Positions 25,743 through 34,350 of a stretch of 64,000 nucleotides of DNA are shown in pieces. The position numbers and the translations under genes are program-made. A model generated the notes under the pieces. The model ran no database searches. It was not told where the DNA came from and worked only from the letters and a program-made list of their open reading frames with translations. Source of the stretch: Candidatus Limnocylindrales bacterium (lineage in GTDB: Bacteria > Chloroflexota > Limnocylindria > Limnocylindrales > CSP1-4). The stretch spans positions 580-64,579 of the forward strand of contig DASXVG010000079.1 in assembly GCA_036504355.1 (NCBI GenBank), written 5' to 3'. Position 1 is the stretch's first letter, and every line of letters starts with the position of its first letter.

Positions 25743-26983
25743 TCGACGCTCCGCACGTAGCCGCACCCGCGGACCCGGCCATCGGCGTCGGCCTCGTCGC
25801 GCTCGTCGCGCACGCACGCTTCGTCCCGAGCGAGGAGCGCGAGGCCTTCGGGGATGCCGCCGCAGCGCTCGCCTCGGACCCGCGGGCGATCCTCCTGCGC
25901 ACCTGCCATCGCATCGAGCTGTACGCGATCGATGCGGCCGCGCACGGGCTGCCGCCGCTCACGCTCCCGACCCTCCCCCACGGCGCCCGGCGCCTCGAGG
26001 GCATCGCGGCCGCACGCCACGTGTTCACGGTCGCTGCGGGCCTGGACAGCGTCGTCGTGGGCGAGGACCAGATCCTCCACCAGCTCCGGGAGTGCCTCTC
26101 GGACCGCCATGTCCCGGCCGCCGACAGGTGCCCCGTCGACATCGGTTCGCACAGCGCCGGCGCCATCGGCCTGCACCCGGCGATCGAGCGGCTGTTCCAG
26201 ATTGCGCTCCACCTCGGGCGCGAGACGCGCTCCTGGCGTGAGGGGCCGCCGCGCTCGCTGGCGGACGTGGCGCTCGACCGGATCGTCCCCGTGACCGGTC
26301 CACTGCTGGGCCGGCGCGTGCTCGTGGTCGGCGCGGGTCGAATGGCCCGCCTCGCGGCGCTCGCGACCGCTCGCCAGGGCGCTCGCGTCCTCGTTGCGAA
26401 CCGCAGCTCCGATCGCGCGGCCGCGCTCGCCTTCGACGCCAACGGCGAGCCCGCCGCGTTCGGCGCCGAGGTCGCCCTCCCGGGCGCGGACGCGTACATC
26501 CTCGCGATCTCCGCCCGATGGCCGCTCTCGGAGGAGGCGCGGGCCACGCTCCTCGCCGGATCCCAGCCCGTCATCGACCTGTCCTCGCCGCCGGCGCTCG
26601 ACGCCGAGACCCGCGAGGCCCTGGGCACCCGGTACACGAGCGTGGACGACCTTGCCCGGAGCCCCCAGGACGAGCTGCGCAAGCGCCTCCGCGTCCGCTT
26701 CGAGCGGGTCCTCGACGACGCCGAGCAGCGCTACGCGCAGTGGGTCCGGGCCCGCGGGTCCGTCCCCGCCATCCAGGCCCTCACCGACCAGGCCGAGGCG
26801 CGTCGCGCCGAGGAGCTGGATCGCCTGTTCCGTCGCGCCGACCTGGCCGATGCCGACCGCGAGCTCATCGTCCAGATGAGCCATCGCCTCGTCGCCGGCC
26901 TGCTCCACGCCCCGCTCGTCAAGCTGCGTGACGACGACACGGGCGAGCTGGAGCGTGCCGCCCGGGACCTGTTCGCCCTGTAG
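25739..26983 (+). CDS. hemA: Glutamyl-tRNA reductase
   Basis: Catalytic Cys segment LLRTCHRIELYAID, then VVVGEDQILHQL, then the NADPH-binding motif VLVVGAGRMARLAA, and a C-terminal dimerisation helix region. Confidence 0.85.
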   Translation: MIDAPHVAAPADPAIGVGLVALVAHARFVPSEEREAFGDAAAALASDPRAILLRTCHRIELYAIDAAAHGLPPLTLPTLPHGARRLEGIAAARHVFTVAAGLDSVVVGEDQILHQLRECLSDRHVPAADRCPVDIGSHSAGAIGLHPAIERLFQIALHLGRETRSWREGPPRSLADVALDRIVPVTGPLLGRRVLVVGAGRMARLAALATARQGARVLVANRSSDRAAALAFDANGEPAAFGAEVALPGADAYILAISARWPLSEEARATLLAGSQPVIDLSSPPALDAETREALGTRYTSVDDLARSPQDELRKRLRVRFERVLDDAEQRYAQWVRARGSVPAIQALTDQAEARRAEELDRLFRRADLADADRELIVQMSHRLVAGLLHAPLVKLRDDDTGELERAARDLFAL

Positions 26984-26990
26984 CCAGGTG

Positions 26991-28760
26991 ATGCGTCCCA
27001 TGACCCGAACCCTCCGCATCGGCACTCGCGGCAGCCAGCTCGCGCTCGTCCAGGCGCACTGGGTCGCCGATCGCCTTGCCGAGCACGGCGTCACCACCGA
27101 GATCACGATCATCCGGACCGAAGGCGATGACCGCCCGATCGATACCGCGTGGGGCGAGGGCGCATTCGTGGGCCGGATCGTCGGCGCGCTCCTCGAGGGC
27201 ACCGTTGACCTCGCGGTCCACAGCGCGAAGGACGTCCCCACCGACGAGCACCCGCAGCTCGTCATCGCGGCCTACCCGCCGCGCGAGGACCCCCGTGACG
27301 CACTCGTCTGCCGGGTCCGTGGCACCACCCTCGACGCGCTCCCCCCGTGCGCGCGTGTCGGCACCGACAGCCCGCGCCGCATCGCGTTCCTGCGGGCCGT
27401 CCGTCCCGACCTCGAGCTCCACCCGCTCCACGGGAACGTGGACACGCGCCTCGCCAAGCTCGACCGCGGCGACTCCGACGCGCTGGTGCTCGCGGTCGCG
27501 GGCCTGACCCGCCTCGGGCGCGCAGATCGCATCGACGACATCCTGCCGACGTCCATGCTCGCCTCCGCGCCCGGGCAGGGGAGCCTCGCGCTCCAGGTCC
27601 GAAGCGACGACGACGAGGCCATCGGCGCGGTCGGCCTCCTCGACGACCCGGCGACGCGCGCCGCCGTCCAGGCCGAGCGGGCGCTGCTCAACGGGACCGG
27701 GGGCGGCTGCCGCTCGCCGATCGGGGCGCTGGGCCGGCTTCGCCCGGACGGCCGGCTCGAGGTCGTCGCGGCGGCGGAGCGGACCTGGTCCCCGCTCGCC
27801 CACGCGCCGCTCGCCGACGCGACCGCGCCCATCGCCTGGGTGCGCGGCGACGCTGACCCGTCCGCGAACCTCGCCCTTGCCGCCCGCCTCGCTGACCGGA
27901 TCGTCACGCTTCGCCAGCGGCCACGGGTGCTCACGTGCCGGACCGACGCGCAGGCGACGCACCTCCTGCGGGCGCTCGACGCCCACGACATCGAAGCCGT
28001 CAACGTGCCGGCCATCGAGATCGTCGCGGCCCCCGCGGGCGCCGACCTCGATGCCGCTCTGCGCGAGCTCGCGCCGGGCGAGCGGATCGTCGTGACCAGC
28101 GGCAATGCCGCGCGCGCAACCCTCGCCGCGCTTGGCCGCATCGCGGTCCCCGCCGACGTCCCGTCCTGGGCGGCGGTGGGGGACGGCTCCGCCGCCGTCC
28201 TGGCGGCTGCGGGCATCGACGACCCGTTCATCCCGTTCGTTGCCGACGCCGCGACGCTTGCCCGCGACCTCCCGCTGATCCCGGGCGAGCGCGTCCTGCT
28301 GCCGCGCAGCGACATCGCCGACGACGCCCTGCCGGCCGCCCTCCGCGAGCGCGGCGCCGCGGTCACCGAGGTCGTCGCCTACCGCACGGTCGAGGCGCCG
28401 GACGCCTCCCGGCCGCGTCTCGCCGCCGCCTTCGACGACGGGCCCCTGGACGCCGTCGTCCTGACCAGCGGCTCCACGGCCCGAGGCATCCTCGCGCTGG
28501 CGGCCGACGGTGAGGCCCGGGCGCGACTGCTCGCGGCGCCAGTGATCGCGATCGGTGAGCCGTCCGCGGCCGCCGCGCGCGAGGCCGGCTTCGCGCGGAT
28601 CGTCATCGCCCCGGGACCCGAGCCGTCCGCGGTCGCCGCGTTCACGGCGATCGCCCTCGGGACCCGCGAGGCGCCACACCCGCTCGCGCATCGCCACCTG
28701 CCGCCGACGCTCGAGGCAGCGGCGTCTCGCGAGCCCGCCACCACCGGAGGAGCCAGATGA
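26991..28760 (+). CDS. hemCD: Bifunctional hydroxymethylbilane synthase (HemC) / uroporphyrinogen-III synthase (HemD) fusion
   Basis: N-terminal half: LRIGTRGSQLALVQA, AVHSAKDVPT, GGGCRSPIGA (cofactor Cys). C-terminal ~250 aa: RVLTCRTDAQATHLLRALDAHDIEAVNVPAIEI...VVTSGNAARA...VVLTSGSTARG (HemD fold). A single uninterrupted frame. Confidence 0.85.
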   Translation: MRPMTRTLRIGTRGSQLALVQAHWVADRLAEHGVTTEITIIRTEGDDRPIDTAWGEGAFVGRIVGALLEGTVDLAVHSAKDVPTDEHPQLVIAAYPPREDPRDALVCRVRGTTLDALPPCARVGTDSPRRIAFLRAVRPDLELHPLHGNVDTRLAKLDRGDSDALVLAVAGLTRLGRADRIDDILPTSMLASAPGQGSLALQVRSDDDEAIGAVGLLDDPATRAAVQAERALLNGTGGGCRSPIGALGRLRPDGRLEVVAAAERTWSPLAHAPLADATAPIAWVRGDADPSANLALAARLADRIVTLRQRPRVLTCRTDAQATHLLRALDAHDIEAVNVPAIEIVAAPAGADLDAALRELAPGERIVVTSGNAARATLAALGRIAVPADVPSWAAVGDGSAAVLAAAGIDDPFIPFVADAATLARDLPLIPGERVLLPRSDIADDALPAALRERGAAVTEVVAYRTVEAPDASRPRLAAAFDDGPLDAVVLTSGSTARGILALAADGEARARLLAAPVIAIGEPSAAAAREAGFARIVIAPGPEPSAVAAFTAIALGTREAPHPLAHRHLPPTLEAAASREPATTGGAR

Positions 28761-29812
28761 GCCTCACGGTCGACCGCCTCGGTGCCCCCGGCGACGACGC
28801 GCCCGGCCGCGCCGACCAGATGGGCGCCGTCACCCCGGAACCCGCCCACCGCCTCAGGCGAACCCGCCGGACCGAGACCCTGCGCGCGTTCGTGCGCGAG
28901 ACCCGGATCCACCCTCGCCAGCTCGTCGCGCCGCTGTTCGTGTACCCGGGGCTGGGCGGCCGCCAGCCGGTCGGCTCGATGCCCGGCGTCGAGCGGGTCA
29001 CCCCCGACGAGGCGCTCAAGGACGCCCGCGCGCTCGAGGCGCTCGGCATCGGCGGCGTGATCCTGTTCGGCCTGCCGGCCGAGAAGGACGCGATCGGGAC
29101 CGGCGGCTGGGTCGCCGACGGGATCGTCCAGGAGACGCTGCGCCGGTTCCGCGACGCGGACCTGGACCTCGCCCTCATCGCCGACCTGTGCCTGTGCGAG
29201 TACACCGACCACGGCCATTGCGGCCCGCTCCTCGCCGACGGCAGCGTGGACAACGACGCCACGATCGAGCTGTACGCCCGCACGGCGCAGAGCCAGGCCG
29301 AGGCCGGGGCCGACATCGTGGCACCGTCCGGGATGATGGACGGCCAGGTGCGCGCGATCCGCGCGGGCCTCGACGCCGCGGGGCACCACGAGACCGCGAT
29401 CTTGGCCTACGCGGCGAAGACCGCGTCCGCGTTCTACGGCCCGTTCCGGGACGCCGCGGGCTCGACGCCCAGCTTCGGCGACCGGCGCGGCTACCAGATG
29501 GATCCGGCGAACGGCCGCGAGTCGCTGCGCGAGATGCAGGTCGACGTGGACGAGGGCGCGGACATGCTGCTCGTCAAGCCGGCGCTGCCGTCGCTCGACA
29601 TCCTGGCCTCAGCGCGCGCCCGGTTCGACCTGCCGATCGGCGCCTACCAGGTGAGCGGGGAGTACGCCTCGATCGAGGCCGCGGCGGCCAACGGCTGGCT
29701 GGACCGCCGGCGCGCCCTCACCGAGTCAACCACCGCGATCCTGCGCGCCGGTGCCGGGTTCGTGATCACGTATGCGGCCGCGGACCTCGCGACCTGGTCA
29801 CGGGAGGCCTGA
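28757..29812 (+). CDS. hemB: Porphobilinogen synthase (delta-aminolevulinate dehydratase), Zn-type
   Basis: Cys-rich metal site DLCLCEYTDHGHCG. Active-site Lys regions MLLVKPAL and SGEYA. ATGA overlap with hemCD. Confidence 0.9.
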   Translation: MSLTVDRLGAPGDDAPGRADQMGAVTPEPAHRLRRTRRTETLRAFVRETRIHPRQLVAPLFVYPGLGGRQPVGSMPGVERVTPDEALKDARALEALGIGGVILFGLPAEKDAIGTGGWVADGIVQETLRRFRDADLDLALIADLCLCEYTDHGHCGPLLADGSVDNDATIELYARTAQSQAEAGADIVAPSGMMDGQVRAIRAGLDAAGHHETAILAYAAKTASAFYGPFRDAAGSTPSFGDRRGYQMDPANGRESLREMQVDVDEGADMLLVKPALPSLDILASARARFDLPIGAYQVSGEYASIEAAAANGWLDRRRALTESTTAILRAGAGFVITYAAADLATWSREA

Positions 29813-29816
29813 ACCG

Positions 29817-31106
29817 ATGCCCGTCACCGCCCCCGGCCGCCAGGCCGACCTCCGCGCGCGCGCCGAGGACCTGTTCCCGGGCGGCGTGAACAGCCCGGTC
29901 CGGGCGTTCCGCTCCGTCGGGCGCGCACCGCTCGTCCTCGACGCGGGGTCCGGCCCGCGGGTCCGCGACGCCGACGGCAGGTGGTACCTCGACTACATCT
30001 CGTCCTGGGGCCCGGCGATCCTGGGTCACGGCCACCCCGCGGTCATCGAGGCGGTCCGCGAGGCGGTGCTCGACGGGTTCGCGCTCGGAGCCACCTCGCC
30101 TCGCGAGGTCGAGCTCGGGGAGCGGATCCGGGCCGCGATGCCGTCGATGGAGCGACTGCGCTTCACGTCCTCGGGCACCGAGGCGGTGATGAGCGCGATC
30201 CGGCTCGCCCGCGGCGCGACGGGACGGGAGCTCATCGTCAAGTTCGCGGGCGGCTACCACGGCCACGGCGACAGCCTCCTCGTCGAGGCGGGCTCGGGGC
30301 TCGCGACGCTCGCGATGCCCGGGTCCGCGGGCGTCACCGCAGCTGCAGCACGGGACACGATCGTCGTGCCGTACAACGACCCGCTGGCACTCGCCCGCGC
30401 GTTCGAGGCGCACCCGGACCGGATCGCGGCGGTGATCGTGGAGCCGGTTGCCGCCAACGTCGGCGTCGTGCCGCCGGCGCCGGGCTTCCTGGAGACGCTC
30501 CGCGAGCTCACGGCGATCAACGGCGCGCTGCTCATCTTCGACGAGGTCATCACCGGGTTCCGGCTCGCGCGGGGCGGCGCCCAGGAGCGCTACGGCGTCC
30601 GGCCCGACCTCACCACGCTGGGCAAGATCATCGGCGGCGGGATGCCCGTCGGGGCGTACGGTGGCCGCGCGGACCTCATGCGCCAGGTCGCACCCGAGGG
30701 CCCCGTCTACCAGGCGGGGACGCTGTCGGGCCACCCGCTCATTATGGCCGCGGGCGTCGCGACGCTCGACCTGCTCACGCCCGGTCTCTACGCCACGCTC
30801 GAGGCCACCGGCGCCGCGCTCGAGGCCGGGCTCCGCGAGGCGGCTGCGCACACGGGTCGCACGGACGTCTGGATCAACCGGGTCGGCTCCCTGCTCACGG
30901 TGTTCTTCCTCGCCGAGGCGCCGCGGGACGGGGCCGAGGCGCTCGCCGCCGACCGGGACGCCTATGCGCGCTTCTTCGGTTCGATGCTGGACCAGGGCGT
31001 CCTCCTGGCGCCGTCGCAGTTCGAGGCGTGGTTCGTCGGCGCCGCCCACGGCGAGGCCGAGGTCCGCGAGACGATCGCCGCCGCACGAACGGCGTTTGCG
31101 GCATGA
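29817..31106 (+). CDS. hemL: Glutamate-1-semialdehyde 2,1-aminomutase
   Basis: LFPGGVNSPVRAF, LIFDEVITGFR and TLGKIIGGGMPVGAYGG (PLP Lys). gggagg precedes ATG 29817. Confidence 0.9.
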   Translation: MPVTAPGRQADLRARAEDLFPGGVNSPVRAFRSVGRAPLVLDAGSGPRVRDADGRWYLDYISSWGPAILGHGHPAVIEAVREAVLDGFALGATSPREVELGERIRAAMPSMERLRFTSSGTEAVMSAIRLARGATGRELIVKFAGGYHGHGDSLLVEAGSGLATLAMPGSAGVTAAAARDTIVVPYNDPLALARAFEAHPDRIAAVIVEPVAANVGVVPPAPGFLETLRELTAINGALLIFDEVITGFRLARGGAQERYGVRPDLTTLGKIIGGGMPVGAYGGRADLMRQVAPEGPVYQAGTLSGHPLIMAAGVATLDLLTPGLYATLEATGAALEAGLREAAAHTGRTDVWINRVGSLLTVFFLAEAPRDGAEALAADRDAYARFFGSMLDQGVLLAPSQFEAWFVGAAHGEAEVRETIAAARTAFAA

Positions 31107-32176
31107 GCGCTCCGATGCCCGCCCCGGCCCCGGAGCGCGTCCCGGCCCCACGGCTCGACGCACGCTTCCTGCGCGCGGCGCGCGGGCTGCCCGTCGACGC
31201 GACCCCCGTGTGGTTCATGCGCCAGGCCGGCCGTGCGCTCCCCGAGTACCGCAAGGTGCGCGAGACGGCGACGCTGCTCGAGATCACCCGGGACGCCGAC
31301 CTGTGCGCGGAGGTCACGCTCCAGCCCGTCCGCCGGCTCGGCGTCGACGCGGCGATCATGTTCGCCGACATCACGACCCCGCTGGCGGGCCTCGGCATCG
31401 CGTTCGACATCAAGGAGGGCGTCGGCCCCGTCATCGAGCAGCCGATCCGCACGCTCGCCGACCTCGCGCGGTTCCGCCCGTTCGAGCCGGAGGTCGCCGT
31501 CGCCCCCCTGCTGGACGCCATCCGGATCGTCCGCCGCGAGTCACCGGTGCCGCTCATCGGGTTCGCGGGCGCGCCGTTCACGCTCGCCTGCTACCTCGTG
31601 GAGGGCGGCCCGTCGCGCGACTTCGTCAACACCAAGAAGCTCATGCACGCGCAGCCCGAGACGTGGGCGGGCCTGCTCGACATCCTCGTCGAGGCGACGC
31701 TCCGGTACCTCCGGGCGCAGGTCGAGGCCGGCGCGGAGGCCGTCCAGCTGTTCGACTCGTGGGTCGGCGGCCTGAGCCCGCTCGACTACGAGAAGCGCCT
31801 CATGCCGTGGATGACCCGCCTGCTCGACGGGATGGCCGAGCTCGGCGTGCCACGCACGCACTTCGGCGTGGGCACGGCCGGGCTGCTCGGGCTCCAGGCC
31901 GCCGCCGGCGGGGACGTCATCGGGCTCGACTGGCGGATCGCCCTGTCCGAGGGCCGGCGGATCGTCGGCGACCGCGCGGTGCAGGGCAATCTCGATCCCG
32001 TCCTGCTGCTGGGCCCCTGGTCCGGCGTCGAGGAGGGCGCCCGCTGGGTGCTCCAGCAGAACGACCGCCGACCCGGCCACATCTTCAACCTGGGGCACGG
32101 CGTGCTCCCGTCCACCAACCCGGACCACCTCGCGCGCCTCGTCGACCTGGTCCACGACTTCGGAGCCTCACGATGA
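31103..32176 (+). CDS. hemE: Uroporphyrinogen decarboxylase
   Basis: PVWFMRQAGRALPEYR signature, and the C-terminal region GHIFNLGHGV. ATGA overlap with hemL. Confidence 0.9.
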   Translation: MSAPMPAPAPERVPAPRLDARFLRAARGLPVDATPVWFMRQAGRALPEYRKVRETATLLEITRDADLCAEVTLQPVRRLGVDAAIMFADITTPLAGLGIAFDIKEGVGPVIEQPIRTLADLARFRPFEPEVAVAPLLDAIRIVRRESPVPLIGFAGAPFTLACYLVEGGPSRDFVNTKKLMHAQPETWAGLLDILVEATLRYLRAQVEAGAEAVQLFDSWVGGLSPLDYEKRLMPWMTRLLDGMAELGVPRTHFGVGTAGLLGLQAAAGGDVIGLDWRIALSEGRRIVGDRAVQGNLDPVLLLGPWSGVEEGARWVLQQNDRRPGHIFNLGHGVLPSTNPDHLARLVDLVHDFGASR

Positions 32177-33108
32177 CCCGCGACGCGGTCCTGCTCATGG
32201 CCTATGGCTCGCCCGACCGGCTCGACCAGGTCGAGGCGTACTACACCGACATCCGCCGTGGCTCGCCGCCCCCGCCGCACCTCCTCGCGGAGCTCACGGC
32301 ACGCTACGCGGCCATCGGCGGCGGCTCGCCGCTGTCGCTTGTCGTCGAGGCACAGCGTGCGGCCCTCCATGCGGAGCTCGCGTCACGCGGGACGCCCATG
32401 CCGGTGTACGCGGGGATGCGCCACATCGCGCCGCGGATCGGCGACATCGTCAAGGGCATGGCCGCGGACGGCGTGGAGCGCATGGTCGCGATCGCGATGG
32501 CGCCGCAGGCGTCGTCGAACGCCGCCGGCTACCGGCGGGCGGTCGATGGCGCGCTCGCCGACATCGAGGCGGCGGGCGGCACGCCGCCGCGTGTCGAGTA
32601 CGTCGCCTCGTGGCACGACGAGCCGCGGTTCATCGAGGCACTCGCGACCACGACCCGCGAGGCCCTCGCGCGCTTCGACGACCCGTCCGCGCCGCTCGTC
32701 ATGTTCACCGCCCACAGCCTTCCCGCTCGTGTCCTGGCGGACGGGGACCCGTACCCGGACGAGCTTGCCGCGACGGCATTCCTCGTGGCCGAGGCGCTGG
32801 GCCTGGAGCGGTACACGTTCAGCTTCCAGAGCGCCGGCCGGACCGGCGAGGAGTGGCTGGGCCCGGACATCCTCGCGGAGCTGCGCCGCCTCGGGGCGGA
32901 CGGCGTCCGCGAGCTCGTCGTCCGGCCGGTCGGCTTCACGGCGGACCACCTCGAGGTGCTCTACGACATCGACATCGAGGCCCAGGCCGTCGCCCGCGAG
33001 GCGGGGATCCACCTGGAACGCGCCCGTTCGATGAACACCGATCCGATCTTCATCGCCGCCCTCGCGGACGTCGCGACGTCGGCGCTCACCCCCGTCCCCG
33101 TCGCCTGA
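32173..33108 (+). CDS. hemH: Ferrochelatase, short Cys-free form (second paralogue; coproporphyrin ferrochelatase-like)
   Basis: AVLLMAYGSPD, FTAHSLPARV (catalytic His) and TADHLEVLYDIDIEA. No cysteine anywhere in the 311-aa product. ATGA overlap with hemE. Confidence 0.85.
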   Translation: MTRDAVLLMAYGSPDRLDQVEAYYTDIRRGSPPPPHLLAELTARYAAIGGGSPLSLVVEAQRAALHAELASRGTPMPVYAGMRHIAPRIGDIVKGMAADGVERMVAIAMAPQASSNAAGYRRAVDGALADIEAAGGTPPRVEYVASWHDEPRFIEALATTTREALARFDDPSAPLVMFTAHSLPARVLADGDPYPDELAATAFLVAEALGLERYTFSFQSAGRTGEEWLGPDILAELRRLGADGVRELVVRPVGFTADHLEVLYDIDIEAQAVAREAGIHLERARSMNTDPIFIAALADVATSALTPVPVA

Positions 33109-33130
33109 CGCGACCCGAGGAGCCACCGTC

Positions 33131-34336
33131 ATGTCCGCATCGATCGATCCCGTCCCCGCGGCCCGCCAGACCGGCCATCCCGGCGGCCATCCCGGTGGTC
33201 ACCCGGGTGGGATCACCGGCGTCGGCGCCGTCCGCGCCGAGGGCTATGTATACGACCGCGCGCCGATGCTCGTGTACTGGGAGACGACGCTCGCCTGCGG
33301 GCTGGCCTGCCGCCACTGCCGCGCCACCGCGCAGGCCGAGCGCAACCCGCTCGAGCTCACGACCGACGAGGGCTACGCGCTCCTCGACGAGATCACCAAG
33401 TTCGGCCGCCCCTACCCGCATGTCGTGTTCACCGGCGGCGACCCGCTCAACCGGCCCGACCTCCACGAGCTCGTCCGGGCGGCCACCGCCCGCGGCATCG
33501 GCGCGTCCCTTGCCCCGGCGGCGACGCCGCTCCTCACCCGGGAGGTCATGGAGAGCCTTCGTGACGCCGGCATCCAGAACATCAGCCTGAGCCTCGACGG
33601 CTCGAACGCGGAGCGCCACGACGGCTTCCGGATGGTGCCGGGCACCTTCGACAAGACGCTCCAGGCCGCGAGGTGGGCGCGGGCCGCCGGGCTGCCGATC
33701 CAGGTCAACACCCTCGTCACCGACGAGACGCTGGAGGACCTGCCGGCCGTCTACGAGCTCCTGAAGGGCATGGACATCATGCGCTGGAGCCTGTTCATGC
33801 TGATCACGACCGGCCGGGGCGCCGGCCTCCGGGAGGTCACGCCCGGCCAGAGCGAGAAGCTCCACGGATGGCTGTTCGAGCTGGCGAAGACCGCGCCGTT
33901 CCAGGTCAAGACGACCGAGGCGACGCACTACCGGCGTCTCGCCATCCGCTCCTGGCTCGCCGAGGGCAAGACCGAGGAGGAGATCCTCGCCACGTCCGTG
34001 GGCCGCGGGTTCGGGATCCGGGACGGCAACGGCATCGTGTTCATCAACCACGACGGGACGATCAACCCGTCGGGCTTCCTGCCGATCCCGCTGGGCAACG
34101 TCAGGACCGGGTCGATCGTGGACATCTATCGCGACCACCCGGTCATGCGCGATCTCCGGGCGCCCGAGGCGTTCAAGGGCCGCTGCGGGGCCTGCGAGTA
34201 CGGCCGCGTCTGCGGCGGGTCCCGGGCGCGCGCGTACGCGTGGACGGGCGACCCGCTCGAGGCCGACCCGCTCTGCCCGTACGTCCCGTCCGGCGACGTG
34301 CCCGCGTACGGCATGCCCGTCGCGGTCACCGCGTAG
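33131..34336 (+). CDS. Radical SAM/SPASM-domain protein, AhbD/NirJ-like (candidate oxygen-independent coproheme decarboxylase)
   Basis: CGLACRHC is a CxxxCxxC triad, followed by VVFTGGDPL. C-terminal SPASM-type Cys motif: GRCGACEYGRVCGGSRARAY...DPLCPY. The N-terminus carries an HPGGHPGGHPGG repeat. Confidence 0.7.
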   Translation: MSASIDPVPAARQTGHPGGHPGGHPGGITGVGAVRAEGYVYDRAPMLVYWETTLACGLACRHCRATAQAERNPLELTTDEGYALLDEITKFGRPYPHVVFTGGDPLNRPDLHELVRAATARGIGASLAPAATPLLTREVMESLRDAGIQNISLSLDGSNAERHDGFRMVPGTFDKTLQAARWARAAGLPIQVNTLVTDETLEDLPAVYELLKGMDIMRWSLFMLITTGRGAGLREVTPGQSEKLHGWLFELAKTAPFQVKTTEATHYRRLAIRSWLAEGKTEEEILATSVGRGFGIRDGNGIVFINHDGTINPSGFLPIPLGNVRTGSIVDIYRDHPVMRDLRAPEAFKGRCGACEYGRVCGGSRARAYAWTGDPLEADPLCPYVPSGDVPAYGMPVAVTA

Positions 34337-34350
34337 CGGTCCCTCCGGCA

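Noticed and set aside
29981-33108. 731-aa and 886-aa plus-strand ORFs (29981..32176, 30448..33108)
   Set aside because: Their N-terminal halves are alternate frames of hemL and hemE. The real genes, hemE and the second ferrochelatase, start at ATGA overlaps at 31103 and 32173.
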